64,000 nt of DNA, taken from NCBI GenBank assembly GCA_029547265.1, contig JAKPPP010000112.1:32965-96964 (forward strand), read 5' to 3'. Shown here piece after piece: positions 46,670 through 56,652 of the stretch. Each line of letters starts with the position of its first letter. Position 1 is the first letter of the stretch. The notes beneath the pieces were generated by a model, which was not told the origin of the DNA, did no database searches, and saw only the letters and a list, made by a program, of their open reading frames with translations. A program made the position numbers and the translations under genes. The DNA is from Bacteroidota bacterium. Lineage in GTDB: Bacteria > Bacteroidota > Bacteroidia > AKYH767-A > OLB10.

Positions 46670-48631
46670 ATGTTTCGTACCATATCCACCCTTTTATTGG
46701 TTCTGTTGGCCAAATTGACCCTGGCTCAGAGCATTCCTTTTGAGAAATCCTACTTCAAAGGAAGAGAAAATGAGTTTAAATCGGCTTACCAAAGCCTTAA
46801 TAAAGGGTATTCCCTCATGGAGCAGGGTGAACCAGCCTACCGACTGGCTCTTCCTTACCTGGAAAACGCCCAGAAATTTAATCCAGATAATGCCCAATTG
46901 AATCTCAATATCGGGGTATGTATGCTGAAAACCAGTAAGATGTATGATGCATTGTCGTATTTCTTGAAGGCAAAACAGCTTGAACCAGCTGTTTCCAGTA
47001 AAATGGAATTTTATGTTGGATGCGGATACCAACTGAATGGCGATCTAACCAATGCTTTTTCTAGCTTTAATGCCTATCGAAGCTCTCTCGATCGTCTTAA
47101 TGCTGCTGATATTCAGGAAGTTGACAGAAGAATAGCGGAGGTGAATAATGCCGTGGCTCTCGCCGATAAACCTATCGCGGTTAAAATGGAGAACCCCGGA
47201 GCTAATATTAATTCCCCTTCAGGCGATTACATTCCTCTTATAAGCGCCGATGGCGAGAAATTGTTCTTTACTTCTCGTCGTGGTAAGGATGGAGATGATA
47301 TAGATGAGTATGATGGTGACTTCTTTGAGGATGTTTATTTTTCTTCTTTGAAGGATGGTGCTTTCCTTCCGGCTTCTAACATCGGAGCTCCGATTAATTC
47401 TCCGTTTCATGATGCAGCTGTTGGGGTAACTGTCGACGGACATAGTCTTATCATTTTCCGCGGCGGTATTGGGAATGGCGATTTGTTTGTGTCTACTAAC
47501 GATGGATTTAAATGGTCAGAACCTGTATCTTTTGGTGCTCCCGTAAATTCGAATGCTCATGAGTCAAGCGCTTGCTTTAGTCCCGATGGGAAGTTTCTCT
47601 ATTTTGTGAGTGATCGTGCTGGCGGACAAGGCGGTCGCGATATCTATGTTTCAAAGATTATCGACGGTTCTAATAAATGGGGCGAACCAAAAAATTTAGG
47701 ACCTGCCATTAATACTGTATATGATGAGGAAGGCATTTTTATGCATCCCGATGGTAAAACATTGTATTTCTCTTCTAAAGGACATAATACAATAGGAGGA
47801 TATGATGTGTTTGTTTCCGTACTTAAGAATGGCGATTGGTCGCAACCTATTAATCTAGGTATGCCCCTTAACACTCCGGGTGATGATGTTTTCTTTCAGG
47901 TGTCTGCCGATGGTAAAACAGGGTATTTTAGCTCTTATCGTAAAGAAGGCTTGGGTGATAAAGATGTATACAAAGTATCTTTCCTGAATTCCGATTCTGT
48001 AATTACTAATCTTGTTTTATTGAAGGGAATTATTTCAGATGCTTCTACAGGTTCTCCTATATCTGCACAAATTGAGGTTGTTGATCTCGACACAAATCTA
48101 ACTGTAGGCAAGTATAAAAATGATGCTAAAACAGGGGAGTATCTAATTTCTTTACCCGCAGGGAAAAACTATGGTACCGTTATAACAGCCGATGGCTATT
48201 TGTTCGAATCGCAAAATTATGATCTAAATGATTCTGCTGTATATAAAGAAGTGAAAAGAGATGTTAAGTTGCAGTCGGTGAAGAAGGGAAGTGAAATTAC
48301 GTTGAATAATTTATTCTTTGATTCAGGTTCTACCGGACTTAAAGAAACCTCTGTAAATGAGTTAAACCGATTGCTTCGCTTAATGCAAACATATCCTCAG
48401 CTGAAAGTGGAAATCGCAGGACATTGCGATAATGTTGGAGGTGCAGCGTTTAATCAAGATCTCTCTGAAAAGCGAGCTAGGGCTGTGAAAGATTTCTTAG
48501 TAAAACATGCCATTCAATCCGAACGATTAACATCTAACGGTTACGGATATACGAAACCGTTAGCAGACAATGATACGGAGGAGGGGAGAGCGAAAAATAG
48601 AAGGATAGAACTGATAATTATATCTGAATAA
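46670..48631 (+). CDS. TPR / PD40 (TolB-like) beta-propeller / CarboxypepD_reg-like / OmpA C-terminal domain protein
   Basis: Signal peptide, then TPR-like N-terminus. Repeated SPDGK.LYF.S.R.GG.GG.DIY blades. C-terminal OmpA_C motif (NNLFFDSGS...GHCDNVGG..FNQDLSEKRA..V..FL...GYGYTKP...N.T.EGRAKNRRIEL). Confidence 0.9.
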   Translation: MFRTISTLLLVLLAKLTLAQSIPFEKSYFKGRENEFKSAYQSLNKGYSLMEQGEPAYRLALPYLENAQKFNPDNAQLNLNIGVCMLKTSKMYDALSYFLKAKQLEPAVSSKMEFYVGCGYQLNGDLTNAFSSFNAYRSSLDRLNAADIQEVDRRIAEVNNAVALADKPIAVKMENPGANINSPSGDYIPLISADGEKLFFTSRRGKDGDDIDEYDGDFFEDVYFSSLKDGAFLPASNIGAPINSPFHDAAVGVTVDGHSLIIFRGGIGNGDLFVSTNDGFKWSEPVSFGAPVNSNAHESSACFSPDGKFLYFVSDRAGGQGGRDIYVSKIIDGSNKWGEPKNLGPAINTVYDEEGIFMHPDGKTLYFSSKGHNTIGGYDVFVSVLKNGDWSQPINLGMPLNTPGDDVFFQVSADGKTGYFSSYRKEGLGDKDVYKVSFLNSDSVITNLVLLKGIISDASTGSPISAQIEVVDLDTNLTVGKYKNDAKTGEYLISLPAGKNYGTVITADGYLFESQNYDLNDSAVYKEVKRDVKLQSVKKGSEITLNNLFFDSGSTGLKETSVNELNRLLRLMQTYPQLKVEIAGHCDNVGGAAFNQDLSEKRARAVKDFLVKHAIQSERLTSNGYGYTKPLADNDTEEGRAKNRRIELIIISE

Positions 48632-48637
48632 AAACAG

Positions 48638-48672
48638 AAAGCCCCGATAATAAATATTAACGGGGCTTTTTT
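48638..48672. terminator. Bidirectional intrinsic terminator between the convergent OmpA-family and osmC genes
   Basis: Stem aaagccccg / cggggcttt with a 14-nt AT loop, an A-run on the 5' side and a T-run on the 3' side. Confidence 0.7.
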
Positions 48673-49089
48673 CTAAACTAATACTGTTGTTAATGTGATG
48701 TTTGCCTTCAATAGTTTTGAAACCGGACAGTTTGCTTTTGCGTCAGCTGCCAGTTCCTCAAATTTTTCTTTCGTTAATCCTTCTGTTTTTACACGTGTGG
48801 TTAACTGCACTTCAGTAATACAGCCATCTTCTAAAATTACAATGGCGTCAGTATCGATGCTTTCGGCTGTAAATCCCGAAGCATTTAGATTAAATGCTAA
48901 TTTCATCGAGTAACAGCCTGCATGCGCAGCCCCAATCAGCTCTTCGGGGTTTGTGCCGATCCCATCCGCAAAGCGCGAATTGAATCCGTATTGTGTATTG
49001 CTTAATACGCCACTCTGTGAAGTGAGTGTTCCTTTTCCTTCTTTACCGGTACCTTGCCAGTGTGCAGAAGCTTTTCTTTTTATTTGCAT
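48673..49089 (-). CDS. osmC: OsmC-family peroxiredoxin
   Basis: 138 aa: ASAHWQGTGKEGKGT...TNPEELIGAAHAGCYSM...ADAKANCPVSK, with the two conserved Cys typical of OsmC. Confidence 0.88.
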   Translation of the reverse strand: MQIKRKASAHWQGTGKEGKGTLTSQSGVLSNTQYGFNSRFADGIGTNPEELIGAAHAGCYSMKLAFNLNASGFTAESIDTDAIVILEDGCITEVQLTTRVKTEGLTKEKFEELAADAKANCPVSKLLKANITLTTVLV

Positions 49090-49163
49090 GAAAATAGATT
49101 TGGTATGCTAAAGGTACTTCATCTTTTCAAGAAAGTGGCATGAATTGTAATTTATGCTTCAAA

Positions 49164-50414
49164 TCAAACATGTTGCAATGCTTGCTCTAAATCCCATATA
49201 ATGTCGTTGTAATTTTCAACACCTATCGAAAGACGAATTAATTTTTCGGTAATGTGCATCTCTTGTCGATGAAGTGGATCTACTCCGGCGTGTGTCATAG
49301 TCGCAGGATGCTCCGCTAATGATTCCGTGCCTCCTAAGCTCACAGCAAGTTTTATTAACTTAAGTGAGTTTAATAAACGGAAGGCCTGCTCTTCGCCACC
49401 CTTAACATCAAACGATACCATTGCTCCCGGTGAATTATATTGCTTTTTGTAAATTGCATGTTCTTCGGTTCCTTCCGGAATCAATCCTAGATAATATACT
49501 TTTTCAACTTTTGGGTGCGAATTTAAAAATGCCGCAATTTTTTCTCCATTGAATGCTTGCTGTTCCATACGGACTTTCAATGTCTCTAAACTACGCATTA
49601 ATAACCATCCTGTATGCGGCGCTGCCATATTGCCTAAGAAAGTACGTAGAGTCTTAACTCTAGCTATCACTTCTTTGCTGCCACAACATGCGCCTGCTAT
49701 AACATCACTGTGACCTCCGATGTATTTTGTTGCTGAATACAATGAGAAGTCTGCACCATGCTTTAATGGATGTTGCCATAACGGACCCATATACGTATTG
49801 TCAACCGCAACCATCACTTTGTTTTCTTTACTGTAGTCATCAGCAATTTTTTTGCAAAGCGAAATATCAATTAATGCACTTGTAGGATTGGCCGGCGTTT
49901 CAATAAAGATCATCGCTAGCTTATCTCCTTTGCCGGTTTCTTCAATAATTTTTCTTATCGTAGCTTCGTTTTGTCCGGGTTTGAAAGCTACCGTATGAAC
50001 TCCGATTTTATGTAAGAAATCATGAATGAAATGATCAGTGCCACCATAAAGAGGGGTGCTGAATAAAAGTAAATCCCCAGGCTTTAAAAATTCTAAGAAA
50101 ACAGTAGATATTGCAGCCATGCCACTTTCAAAAACCGCAGCGTCTTCCGCTTCATCCCAAAGGGTAAGACGGTTTTCGAGAATTTCTAGATCGGGGTTGT
50201 TTATTCGACTGTAAATGAGTCCAAGCTTTTCCCCTTTTCTTTTTTCTCTTAACCCATATGCAACTTCAAAAAAAGCTTTACCGTCTTCTGCACTTTTAAA
50301 AACGAATGTGGAGGTTTGAAATATTGGCGACTTAATCGCACCTTCTGATAATGCAGGCTTAAAGCCGTATGACATCATCAGACTTTCGGGTTTGAATTTA
50401 TGTGAGTTTGACAT
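49164..50414 (-). CDS. Cys/Met-metabolism PLP-dependent enzyme (methionine gamma-lyase / cystathionine gamma-synthase family)
   Basis: IFQTSTFVF, YSRINNPD and SATKYIGGHSD (PLP lysine). Substrate specificity cannot be assigned by eye. Confidence 0.85.
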   Translation of the reverse strand: MSNSHKFKPESLMMSYGFKPALSEGAIKSPIFQTSTFVFKSAEDGKAFFEVAYGLREKRKGEKLGLIYSRINNPDLEILENRLTLWDEAEDAAVFESGMAAISTVFLEFLKPGDLLLFSTPLYGGTDHFIHDFLHKIGVHTVAFKPGQNEATIRKIIEETGKGDKLAMIFIETPANPTSALIDISLCKKIADDYSKENKVMVAVDNTYMGPLWQHPLKHGADFSLYSATKYIGGHSDVIAGACCGSKEVIARVKTLRTFLGNMAAPHTGWLLMRSLETLKVRMEQQAFNGEKIAAFLNSHPKVEKVYYLGLIPEGTEEHAIYKKQYNSPGAMVSFDVKGGEEQAFRLLNSLKLIKLAVSLGGTESLAEHPATMTHAGVDPLHRQEMHITEKLIRLSIGVENYNDIIWDLEQALQHV

Positions 50415-50418
50415 GTAG

Positions 50419-50426
50419 CAAATTTA
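50419..50426 (-). promoter_or_regulatory. -7 promoter motif TAAATTTG, 4 nt upstream of the PLP-enzyme ATG
   Basis: The minus strand reads TAAATTTG-ctac-ATG. Confidence 0.45.
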
Positions 50427-50602
50427 CAAATTCAAATGACTTGAATTTTCAATAAATGAGAAGTGTCAGGGTTAACTTGTTAATAATAATTTTTTTTTTA
50501 AATTCTGTCTTCTAATAAGTTTTAACAAGTTCAATCGATGGTTGAATTTATTATGGTTGTTTTTGCCCTGTTTTTTTATAATGTAAAAGTGATTTAATTA
50601 CC

Positions 50603-50610
50603 TACCTTTG
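50603..50610 (+). promoter_or_regulatory. -7 promoter motif TACCTTTG, 4 nt upstream of the DbpA-like helicase ATG
   Basis: TACCTTTG-tcta-ATG (ATG at 50615). Confidence 0.45.
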
Positions 50611-50614
50611 TCTA

Positions 50615-51934
50615 ATGTCAACTTCCCTCAAAAATCTTCTGGCCGATATACTTGAAAAACTTTCTATCGAGAAATTGAATCCTATGCAGGAGGCAGTGAT
50701 TCATGAGGGAGTAAAAGGCAAACATTTAATGCTTTTGTCACCGACAGGGTCCGGTAAGACATTAGCTTTTCTATCGGTTTTACTTCACAACCTTGATCCA
50801 AAGAAAACCGGCGTACAAGCTATTGTTATTGTTCCTTCACGTGAACTTGCACTTCAAATAGAGACCGTATTCCGTGCTTTGAAGAGTAATTGGAAGGTTA
50901 CCTGCTGTTACGGGGGACATAGCGTAAAAAGCGAGCAAAATAGCCTTTCAGAGGCACCTTCGGTGATTATTGGAACACCCGGACGAATTGCAGATCATAT
51001 AACACGTAGTTCGGTTGATATTTCTCGTATTGGATTAGTTGTTCTCGATGAGTTTGATAAATCGCTTCAACTCGGATTCCAAAGTCAAATGGAATACATC
51101 TTCAAGACCTTTAAATCGAAACCTCAACTAATTCTTACTTCAGCTACCGGAATCGATGTAGTTCCTGATTTCGTCAAAAGCGATTATACCGAACTCGATT
51201 TCAGAACACACCAAGAAGTTAATTTATCTTTATCGTTAGTGCGTACTCCTTCTGATGAAAAAGTAGAGACGTTGATGCACTTAGTCAAGAGTTTTAATCA
51301 AGAGCCTACACTGGTATTTTGCAATCATCGCGAGGCCGTTGAGCGTATTAGCTCACTTTTAAGTCGTCATCATTTCGATCACGGGATTTTTCATGGAGCG
51401 CTGGAGCAAATCGATCGTGAAAAGAGTTTAATAAAATTTAGAGGCGGTGCGCATAATGTTCTTATTGCAACAGATCTGGCATCCCGCGGACTAGATATTC
51501 CCGAAATTCGTCACGTAGTGCATTACCAATGCCCTGTTCATCATAGTGAGTTTTTACATCGCAATGGAAGAACAGCTCGTATGCATGCCGATGGTTCTGC
51601 TTATTTGATTTTGGCCGATGATGAATCATTGCCTGAATATCTCGATAAAAAATTGCCGCTGTTGAAGGTAAATCCTTTTACCGGAGTTGTTGCTGAGCCT
51701 GATTTCGTTTGCGTTTATATTAGTGCAGGAAAAAAGGATAAAATCAGTAAAGGTGATGTAGTAGGATTTTTAACGAAGACCGGCGGATTAACTGGTGCCG
51801 ATATCGGACTAATCACAATCATCGATAATGCCAGCTATGTTGCCGTGAAAAGAAATAAAACGAATGCAGTTTTAAAGAATTTGAAAGACCAAAAAATAAA
51901 AAAGGTCAGAGTGAAAGTAGAAGAAGCGTTTTAA
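50615..51934 (+). CDS. DEAD-box-family RNA helicase with C-terminal DbpA-type RNA-binding domain; motif II = DEFD
   Basis: Motif I SPTGSGKT, Ia PSRELA, II LDEFD (51047-51058), III SAT, VI HRNGRTAR. The C-terminal ~75 aa (VYISAGKKDKISKGDVVGFL...GADIG.I.I.D..SYVAV) resemble the DbpA/YxiN RNA-binding domain. Confidence 0.85.
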   Translation: MSTSLKNLLADILEKLSIEKLNPMQEAVIHEGVKGKHLMLLSPTGSGKTLAFLSVLLHNLDPKKTGVQAIVIVPSRELALQIETVFRALKSNWKVTCCYGGHSVKSEQNSLSEAPSVIIGTPGRIADHITRSSVDISRIGLVVLDEFDKSLQLGFQSQMEYIFKTFKSKPQLILTSATGIDVVPDFVKSDYTELDFRTHQEVNLSLSLVRTPSDEKVETLMHLVKSFNQEPTLVFCNHREAVERISSLLSRHHFDHGIFHGALEQIDREKSLIKFRGGAHNVLIATDLASRGLDIPEIRHVVHYQCPVHHSEFLHRNGRTARMHADGSAYLILADDESLPEYLDKKLPLLKVNPFTGVVAEPDFVCVYISAGKKDKISKGDVVGFLTKTGGLTGADIGLITIIDNASYVAVKRNKTNAVLKNLKDQKIKKVRVKVEEAF

Positions 51935-52014
51935 TGTAATTCAATTGTATTTGCTTTTCTATTTTTCGATTTCCACCATTAAATGATCGCTTAAATACTA
52001 TAGTTAAATCCTCC

Positions 52015-52058
52015 CAAAAATGCAGAAGGCTCCGCAGTTTCCCGCGAAGCCTTTCTGC
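52015..52058 (-). terminator. Intrinsic terminator of the RND efflux operon
   Basis: Roughly 14-bp interrupted hairpin, 52022-52035 / 52044-52058 (gcagaaggct.cgc ... gcg.agcctttctgc). On the minus strand it is followed by ATTTTTGG. Confidence 0.65.
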
Positions 52059-52105
52059 CACCTAACACAACCTACTTGTATTATTTCATTTGAGCATAAT
52101 CGAGA

Positions 52106-55100
52106 TTATGCCGCAATCTTATTCTTAAAACGATTGAATCGTACTTTTATTTTCTCTACAGATAAATACATTACCGGAACGAGGATCAATGTTAAGAATG
52201 TTGCAAAACTTAACCCGAATATCATTGTCCATGATAATGGTCCCCAGAATGCAACACTGTCACCTCCAAAGAAGATATGAGGATTTCCTGTTGTCAATAG
52301 TTCGTTGAAGTCGATATTCAATCCTACCGCCAATGGAATTAGTCCTGAAATTGTAGCACATGCCGTTAATAATACCGGCGTCATCCTAGTTCTTCCTGCT
52401 TCCAAAATGGCTTCATACGTCTCAACACCTTGTTCACGTAATAAATCCGTAAACTCAACAAGCAAGATACCGTTACGTACCACAATACCAGCTAACGCAA
52501 CAATCCCGATTCCCATCATAATTGTACTAATGGTCATTCCTGTAATTGCATATCCTAAGAATACGCCAATTAAGCTGAAGAAAATTTCTACAAGGATAAT
52601 TAACGATTTGCTGAGGGAGTTGAATTGTGTTACCAGGATCAAGAAGATTAATCCAAATGATACCATTAATGCAGTCATCAAGAATATACCTGTTTCCATT
52701 TGCTTTTCTTGTTGTCCCGTAAGTGCTACTTCAACGCCATCAGGACTTTGGAAATTTCTAATTTCATTTTGAACATTCGTAACAACACCTTGCATATCAT
52801 AATCACGTAGTACGTTTGAACTTAAAGTAATCACGCGTTTTTGATTGATACGTTTAATGCCTCCGTAAGTAGTAGAGTAGGAGATGTCGCAAAACGATGA
52901 TAATGGCACTTGACGAACAACGCCACCTTTATTCATATCGCGATATGTTATCTTCAAGTTGTTTAATGCATCAACATCGATACGTTGGTTATATGCATAA
53001 CGTAATTGAATCGGATATTCATCATTGTCATCTCTGAATTTAGATACCTCATTACCGAATACGGCATTACGAATCTCCATTCCGATTTGTCCTGTGCTTA
53101 TACCTTCACGGTTTGCGCGTTCACGATTGATGTTGAATACGATTTCAGGTTTACTTGATTCAAAATCGCTTTTCAACTGTTCTACTCCCGGGATGTCCAA
53201 TGAATCAAGGTAATGTTGAAGTCGTGCTGTAGTAGCAACTAAATCATCGAATTTATCTCCTCTGATTTCAATGTTGATTGGTTTACCAACCGGTGGTCCG
53301 CCTTTCTCTTGATCAACTGTAATTTCAGCACCGGGAATTCCTTTAACTGCATTACGAATTTTGTCGAGGTATTTAGCAGATGATTCTCCGTTACGTTCCG
53401 AGAATTTCTTAAACGCAATGGTTATCTTTCCTTTGTTAGATTGTACTGAAGGATCGAATTCATTAGCGTCATTAGTTCCTACAGCAACATTCGAGATTAC
53501 AGAAGTAACTATCTTATTATCTTTTCCTAATGCTTGCATTACACGATTCTCCACAATTCTGGTAACTGAATCGGTGTAAAGCTGATCAGTTCCTACAGGA
53601 AGTTTAATATAGGCATAGATAAAGTTCGGATCTGCGCTCGGGAAGAATTCCATTTTAGGAGCTCTCGCTTGGAAAGCCATAAAGGAACCGATAAAGATTA
53701 CGATTGTAGCAACCAACATCGTTCTTGTATGTTGTAAACACCAATCGAGTTTTTCTCCATACCATGTTTTGAATTTAGGCCATGCATGATTCTGGAAATT
53801 CCAAATAGCTTTTTGCAAATAGAAGTGATTCAAGTAACTAAATCCAATTAGCAAATAAGATAAGTTTCCGATAGCATGAGCGCCTGCGAGATGGAAGATA
53901 GTTCCTACAACTGCAAAAATAATTGACGACACTTTCAACCCTTTGGTCATTGTAGGTTTTGAATGTTCATCGTCATGATGCGGTTTCATGAATCCTACAG
54001 CAAACACAGGATTAATTATATACGCTACTAATAAGGATGCTGTTAATGTTACAATCAAAGTGATTGGAAGGTAGAACATAAACTCTCCAATAACTCCTTT
54101 CCAGAAGGCTAGAGGCACGAATGGTGCAAGGGTGGTAAGTGTACCGCTTAATACCGGTAAGAATACTTCTCCCGCCGCCATTTTAGCTGCTTCTTTAATC
54201 GGACGTTTGCCATTCTCGAAAATACGATGTGTGTTTTCAATAACTACAATGGCATCATCTACTACAATTCCGAGTGCAAGTAGGAACGAGAACAATACAA
54301 TCATGTTCATCGTGAATCCTAATACCGGCATAAACAAGAATGCAACAAACATCGATAATGGTACACTCATGGCAACGAAGAATGCATTCGTTGTTCCCAT
54401 GAAAAACATCAAGATAATCAATACTAAGATGAAACCGATAATGATAGTATTTATCAAATCATGCAGAGTGGTTCTTGTGGAATCACTTTGATCGCCCGTT
54501 AAGGTGATCTTGAGGTTTGAAGGTAGTTGAGTTTCCTGCATTTCTTCTACCGTGTTCTTAATCTTGTCAGTAGCGTCAATGAGGTTATATCCCGAGCGTT
54601 TTACAACGTTTAAAGTAATTACATTTTTTCCGTCAAGACGTGCAAAACTTTCTTGTTCTTTGAATGCGTCTTTTACGTCGGCAATATCTTTTAAGTATAC
54701 ATGCGCACCACCGGTAGCACCGATGATGATGTTTTTTACTTGTTCAACATCTTTGAATTCACCTTTAACAGATAGTACACGCTTGATGCCATCTTCAGAA
54801 ACTGTTCCTCCTGAGATAGTCATGTTTTCAAACTTCACCGCATTAGCAATATCACTCATCGTAATCTTCGCTGCTTGCATTTTGTACATATCAACGTTGA
54901 TCTGAATTTCGCGATCAAGAGCTCCCACCATTTCAACACGGGTGATCTCTTTCATGCCTTCGATTTTATCTTTAATATCGTCAGCATATTTTTTGAGTTT
55001 GTTTAACTCTATATCTCCTGAGATATTGACGAATAGAATGGGAATTTCACTGAAGTTGATATCCGTTACCGAAGGATCTCTGTCTAAGTCGTTCGGCAAA

Positions 55101-55474
55101 TCGGTACGCGCCTTGTCAACAGCATCTTTAACTTTCTGTTTCGCAGTCGCAACTTCAACATCGGTGTTGAACTCCACAATAATACTTGTGAAATCTTGTA
55201 CTGAATTACTCGTTACTTTTTTTACACCTGATATACCTTTGATTTGTTTCTCAATAGGCTTTGTTATCAGGTTTTCCATGTCGGCAGGAGATGTTCCGGG
55301 ATAAACTACGCTCACAAAAATTTGTGGTAACGTAATGTCAGGGAAATTCTCTTTCGGCAGACTATTATATGTCGCAATACCTGCCAACGTAATAATCACC
55401 GTTAAGATATAAATGGTGGTTTTATTATTGATGGCCCAGCTGCTGGGTTTAAATTCTTTGAAGACGTCTTTCAT
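52106..55474 (-). CDS. RND (AcrB/HAE1-type) efflux transporter permease, 1122 aa
   Basis: 12-TM, two-large-loop architecture. It starts MKDVFKEFKPSSWAINNKTTIYILTVI... and contains VDDAIVVIEN and other typical ACR_tran segments. Confidence 0.93.
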   Translation of the reverse strand: MKDVFKEFKPSSWAINNKTTIYILTVIITLAGIATYNSLPKENFPDITLPQIFVSVVYPGTSPADMENLITKPIEKQIKGISGVKKVTSNSVQDFTSIIVEFNTDVEVATAKQKVKDAVDKARTDLPNDLDRDPSVTDINFSEIPILFVNISGDIELNKLKKYADDIKDKIEGMKEITRVEMVGALDREIQINVDMYKMQAAKITMSDIANAVKFENMTISGGTVSEDGIKRVLSVKGEFKDVEQVKNIIIGATGGAHVYLKDIADVKDAFKEQESFARLDGKNVITLNVVKRSGYNLIDATDKIKNTVEEMQETQLPSNLKITLTGDQSDSTRTTLHDLINTIIIGFILVLIILMFFMGTTNAFFVAMSVPLSMFVAFLFMPVLGFTMNMIVLFSFLLALGIVVDDAIVVIENTHRIFENGKRPIKEAAKMAAGEVFLPVLSGTLTTLAPFVPLAFWKGVIGEFMFYLPITLIVTLTASLLVAYIINPVFAVGFMKPHHDDEHSKPTMTKGLKVSSIIFAVVGTIFHLAGAHAIGNLSYLLIGFSYLNHFYLQKAIWNFQNHAWPKFKTWYGEKLDWCLQHTRTMLVATIVIFIGSFMAFQARAPKMEFFPSADPNFIYAYIKLPVGTDQLYTDSVTRIVENRVMQALGKDNKIVTSVISNVAVGTNDANEFDPSVQSNKGKITIAFKKFSERNGESSAKYLDKIRNAVKGIPGAEITVDQEKGGPPVGKPINIEIRGDKFDDLVATTARLQHYLDSLDIPGVEQLKSDFESSKPEIVFNINRERANREGISTGQIGMEIRNAVFGNEVSKFRDDNDEYPIQLRYAYNQRIDVDALNNLKITYRDMNKGGVVRQVPLSSFCDISYSTTYGGIKRINQKRVITLSSNVLRDYDMQGVVTNVQNEIRNFQSPDGVEVALTGQQEKQMETGIFLMTALMVSFGLIFLILVTQFNSLSKSLIILVEIFFSLIGVFLGYAITGMTISTIMMGIGIVALAGIVVRNGILLVEFTDLLREQGVETYEAILEAGRTRMTPVLLTACATISGLIPLAVGLNIDFNELLTTGNPHIFFGGDSVAFWGPLSWTMIFGLSFATFLTLILVPVMYLSVEKIKVRFNRFKNKIAA

Positions 55475-55511
55475 TGACGTGGGCGTTTAATGTGTGAAAA
55501 ATAATTTTGAA

Positions 55512-56618
55512 TTATAATTTGATCGGTTGTCCGTCAACTAAATCTTGGTAGCCCGTAGTAATCACAGGATCTCCTGCCGATATTCCTCCGGTTATTTCTA
55601 CTTGTCCTTTGTAGTTCTTTCCGATTGTTACCGATTTCTTTCTTGCTACATTTCCTTCAGCAACAAACACATAACTACCATCTGGAGTTGTTTGTACAAC
55701 ACTTGCAGGTAATACGAAAGTTTCTTTAGCAGCATAATCAGCGATTTTAATTATCGCTACCATGTTAGGGTGTAGTTCAACAGCTTTTTGGTTTAGAGAA
55801 ATCTCAACTCCAAATGTTCTGTTTAAAGGATCAATAACTTTTCCTGAGTAAGTGATTTTAGCTTTGATGCTTTGTGCTAAATCAGGGAAATTGATTTCTA
55901 CATCATCTCCTTTCTTTACTTTAGAGATATATGCTTCCGCTACTTCAGCTTTTACTTTTAATTCGTCAAGGTTTACAACTCTTACCCCCGGCATTCCAGG
56001 TGAAAACATTTGCCCTACTTTTAATTCCATTGCATCAACAGTTCCTGAAATCGGTGCCTTGATTTTAGTCATAGCTAATTGTTCACGAACAGTAGAGATC
56101 TTGCGGTCGATCGATTCAAGAGAGTTTTTAGCTTGTAAGTACTGTACTTCGGTACCGATCTTTTGATCCCAAAGTGCTTTTTGTTTTAGAAATAAGGTAT
56201 TGGCAAAATCACGTGCGTTTTGTAATTCATCCAACGACTTAACATAAGTCTGATTGTCAAGTTCTGCAAGAACACTTCCTTTCGTTACGTGGTCTCCAAC
56301 TCGAACATTTATTTTACTCACAGTTCCGGGAACTTCCGCACTAACAGCGATGTTTTCATCACCATCAACATGCGCTTGCACTTCAATATAATGGTTGAAT
56401 GAAGTGGTAGCCATCTTAGTTACAGAAACTTCATGCGGTGCAGTAGTTTTAGTGCCGCTTAATTTTGCAACTTCTTTTTCAAGAGTGGAAATTTGAGTTT
56501 TAATTTCTGTTTCTTGTTTTTTTAATTCGTCGAGTTTTGCTTTTTTCTTTGCAAGCTCGTCTGATGAACAAGAAGATAATAGTACTGCTGAAAGCAGAAT
56601 ATAAACAAAGTTCTTCAT
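55512..56618 (-). CDS. RND efflux periplasmic adaptor (MFP/HlyD family)
   Basis: Lipoprotein-like signal (LLSSCSS), coiled-coil hairpin, and lipoyl and beta-barrel segments. It lies between the tolC-like and RND genes. Confidence 0.9.
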   Translation of the reverse strand: MKNFVYILLSAVLLSSCSSDELAKKKAKLDELKKQETEIKTQISTLEKEVAKLSGTKTTAPHEVSVTKMATTSFNHYIEVQAHVDGDENIAVSAEVPGTVSKINVRVGDHVTKGSVLAELDNQTYVKSLDELQNARDFANTLFLKQKALWDQKIGTEVQYLQAKNSLESIDRKISTVREQLAMTKIKAPISGTVDAMELKVGQMFSPGMPGVRVVNLDELKVKAEVAEAYISKVKKGDDVEINFPDLAQSIKAKITYSGKVIDPLNRTFGVEISLNQKAVELHPNMVAIIKIADYAAKETFVLPASVVQTTPDGSYVFVAEGNVARKKSVTIGKNYKGQVEITGGISAGDPVITTGYQDLVDGQPIKL

Positions 56619-56652
56619 ATAATAGGTATTACAGATTGGGTAGTTTTTGTGA

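Noticed and set aside
52020-52280. 86-aa plus-strand ORF overlapping the RND gene 3' end and the terminator hairpin
   Set aside because: It runs antisense into a strongly supported RND gene and through a terminator stem, so it is a shadow ORF.
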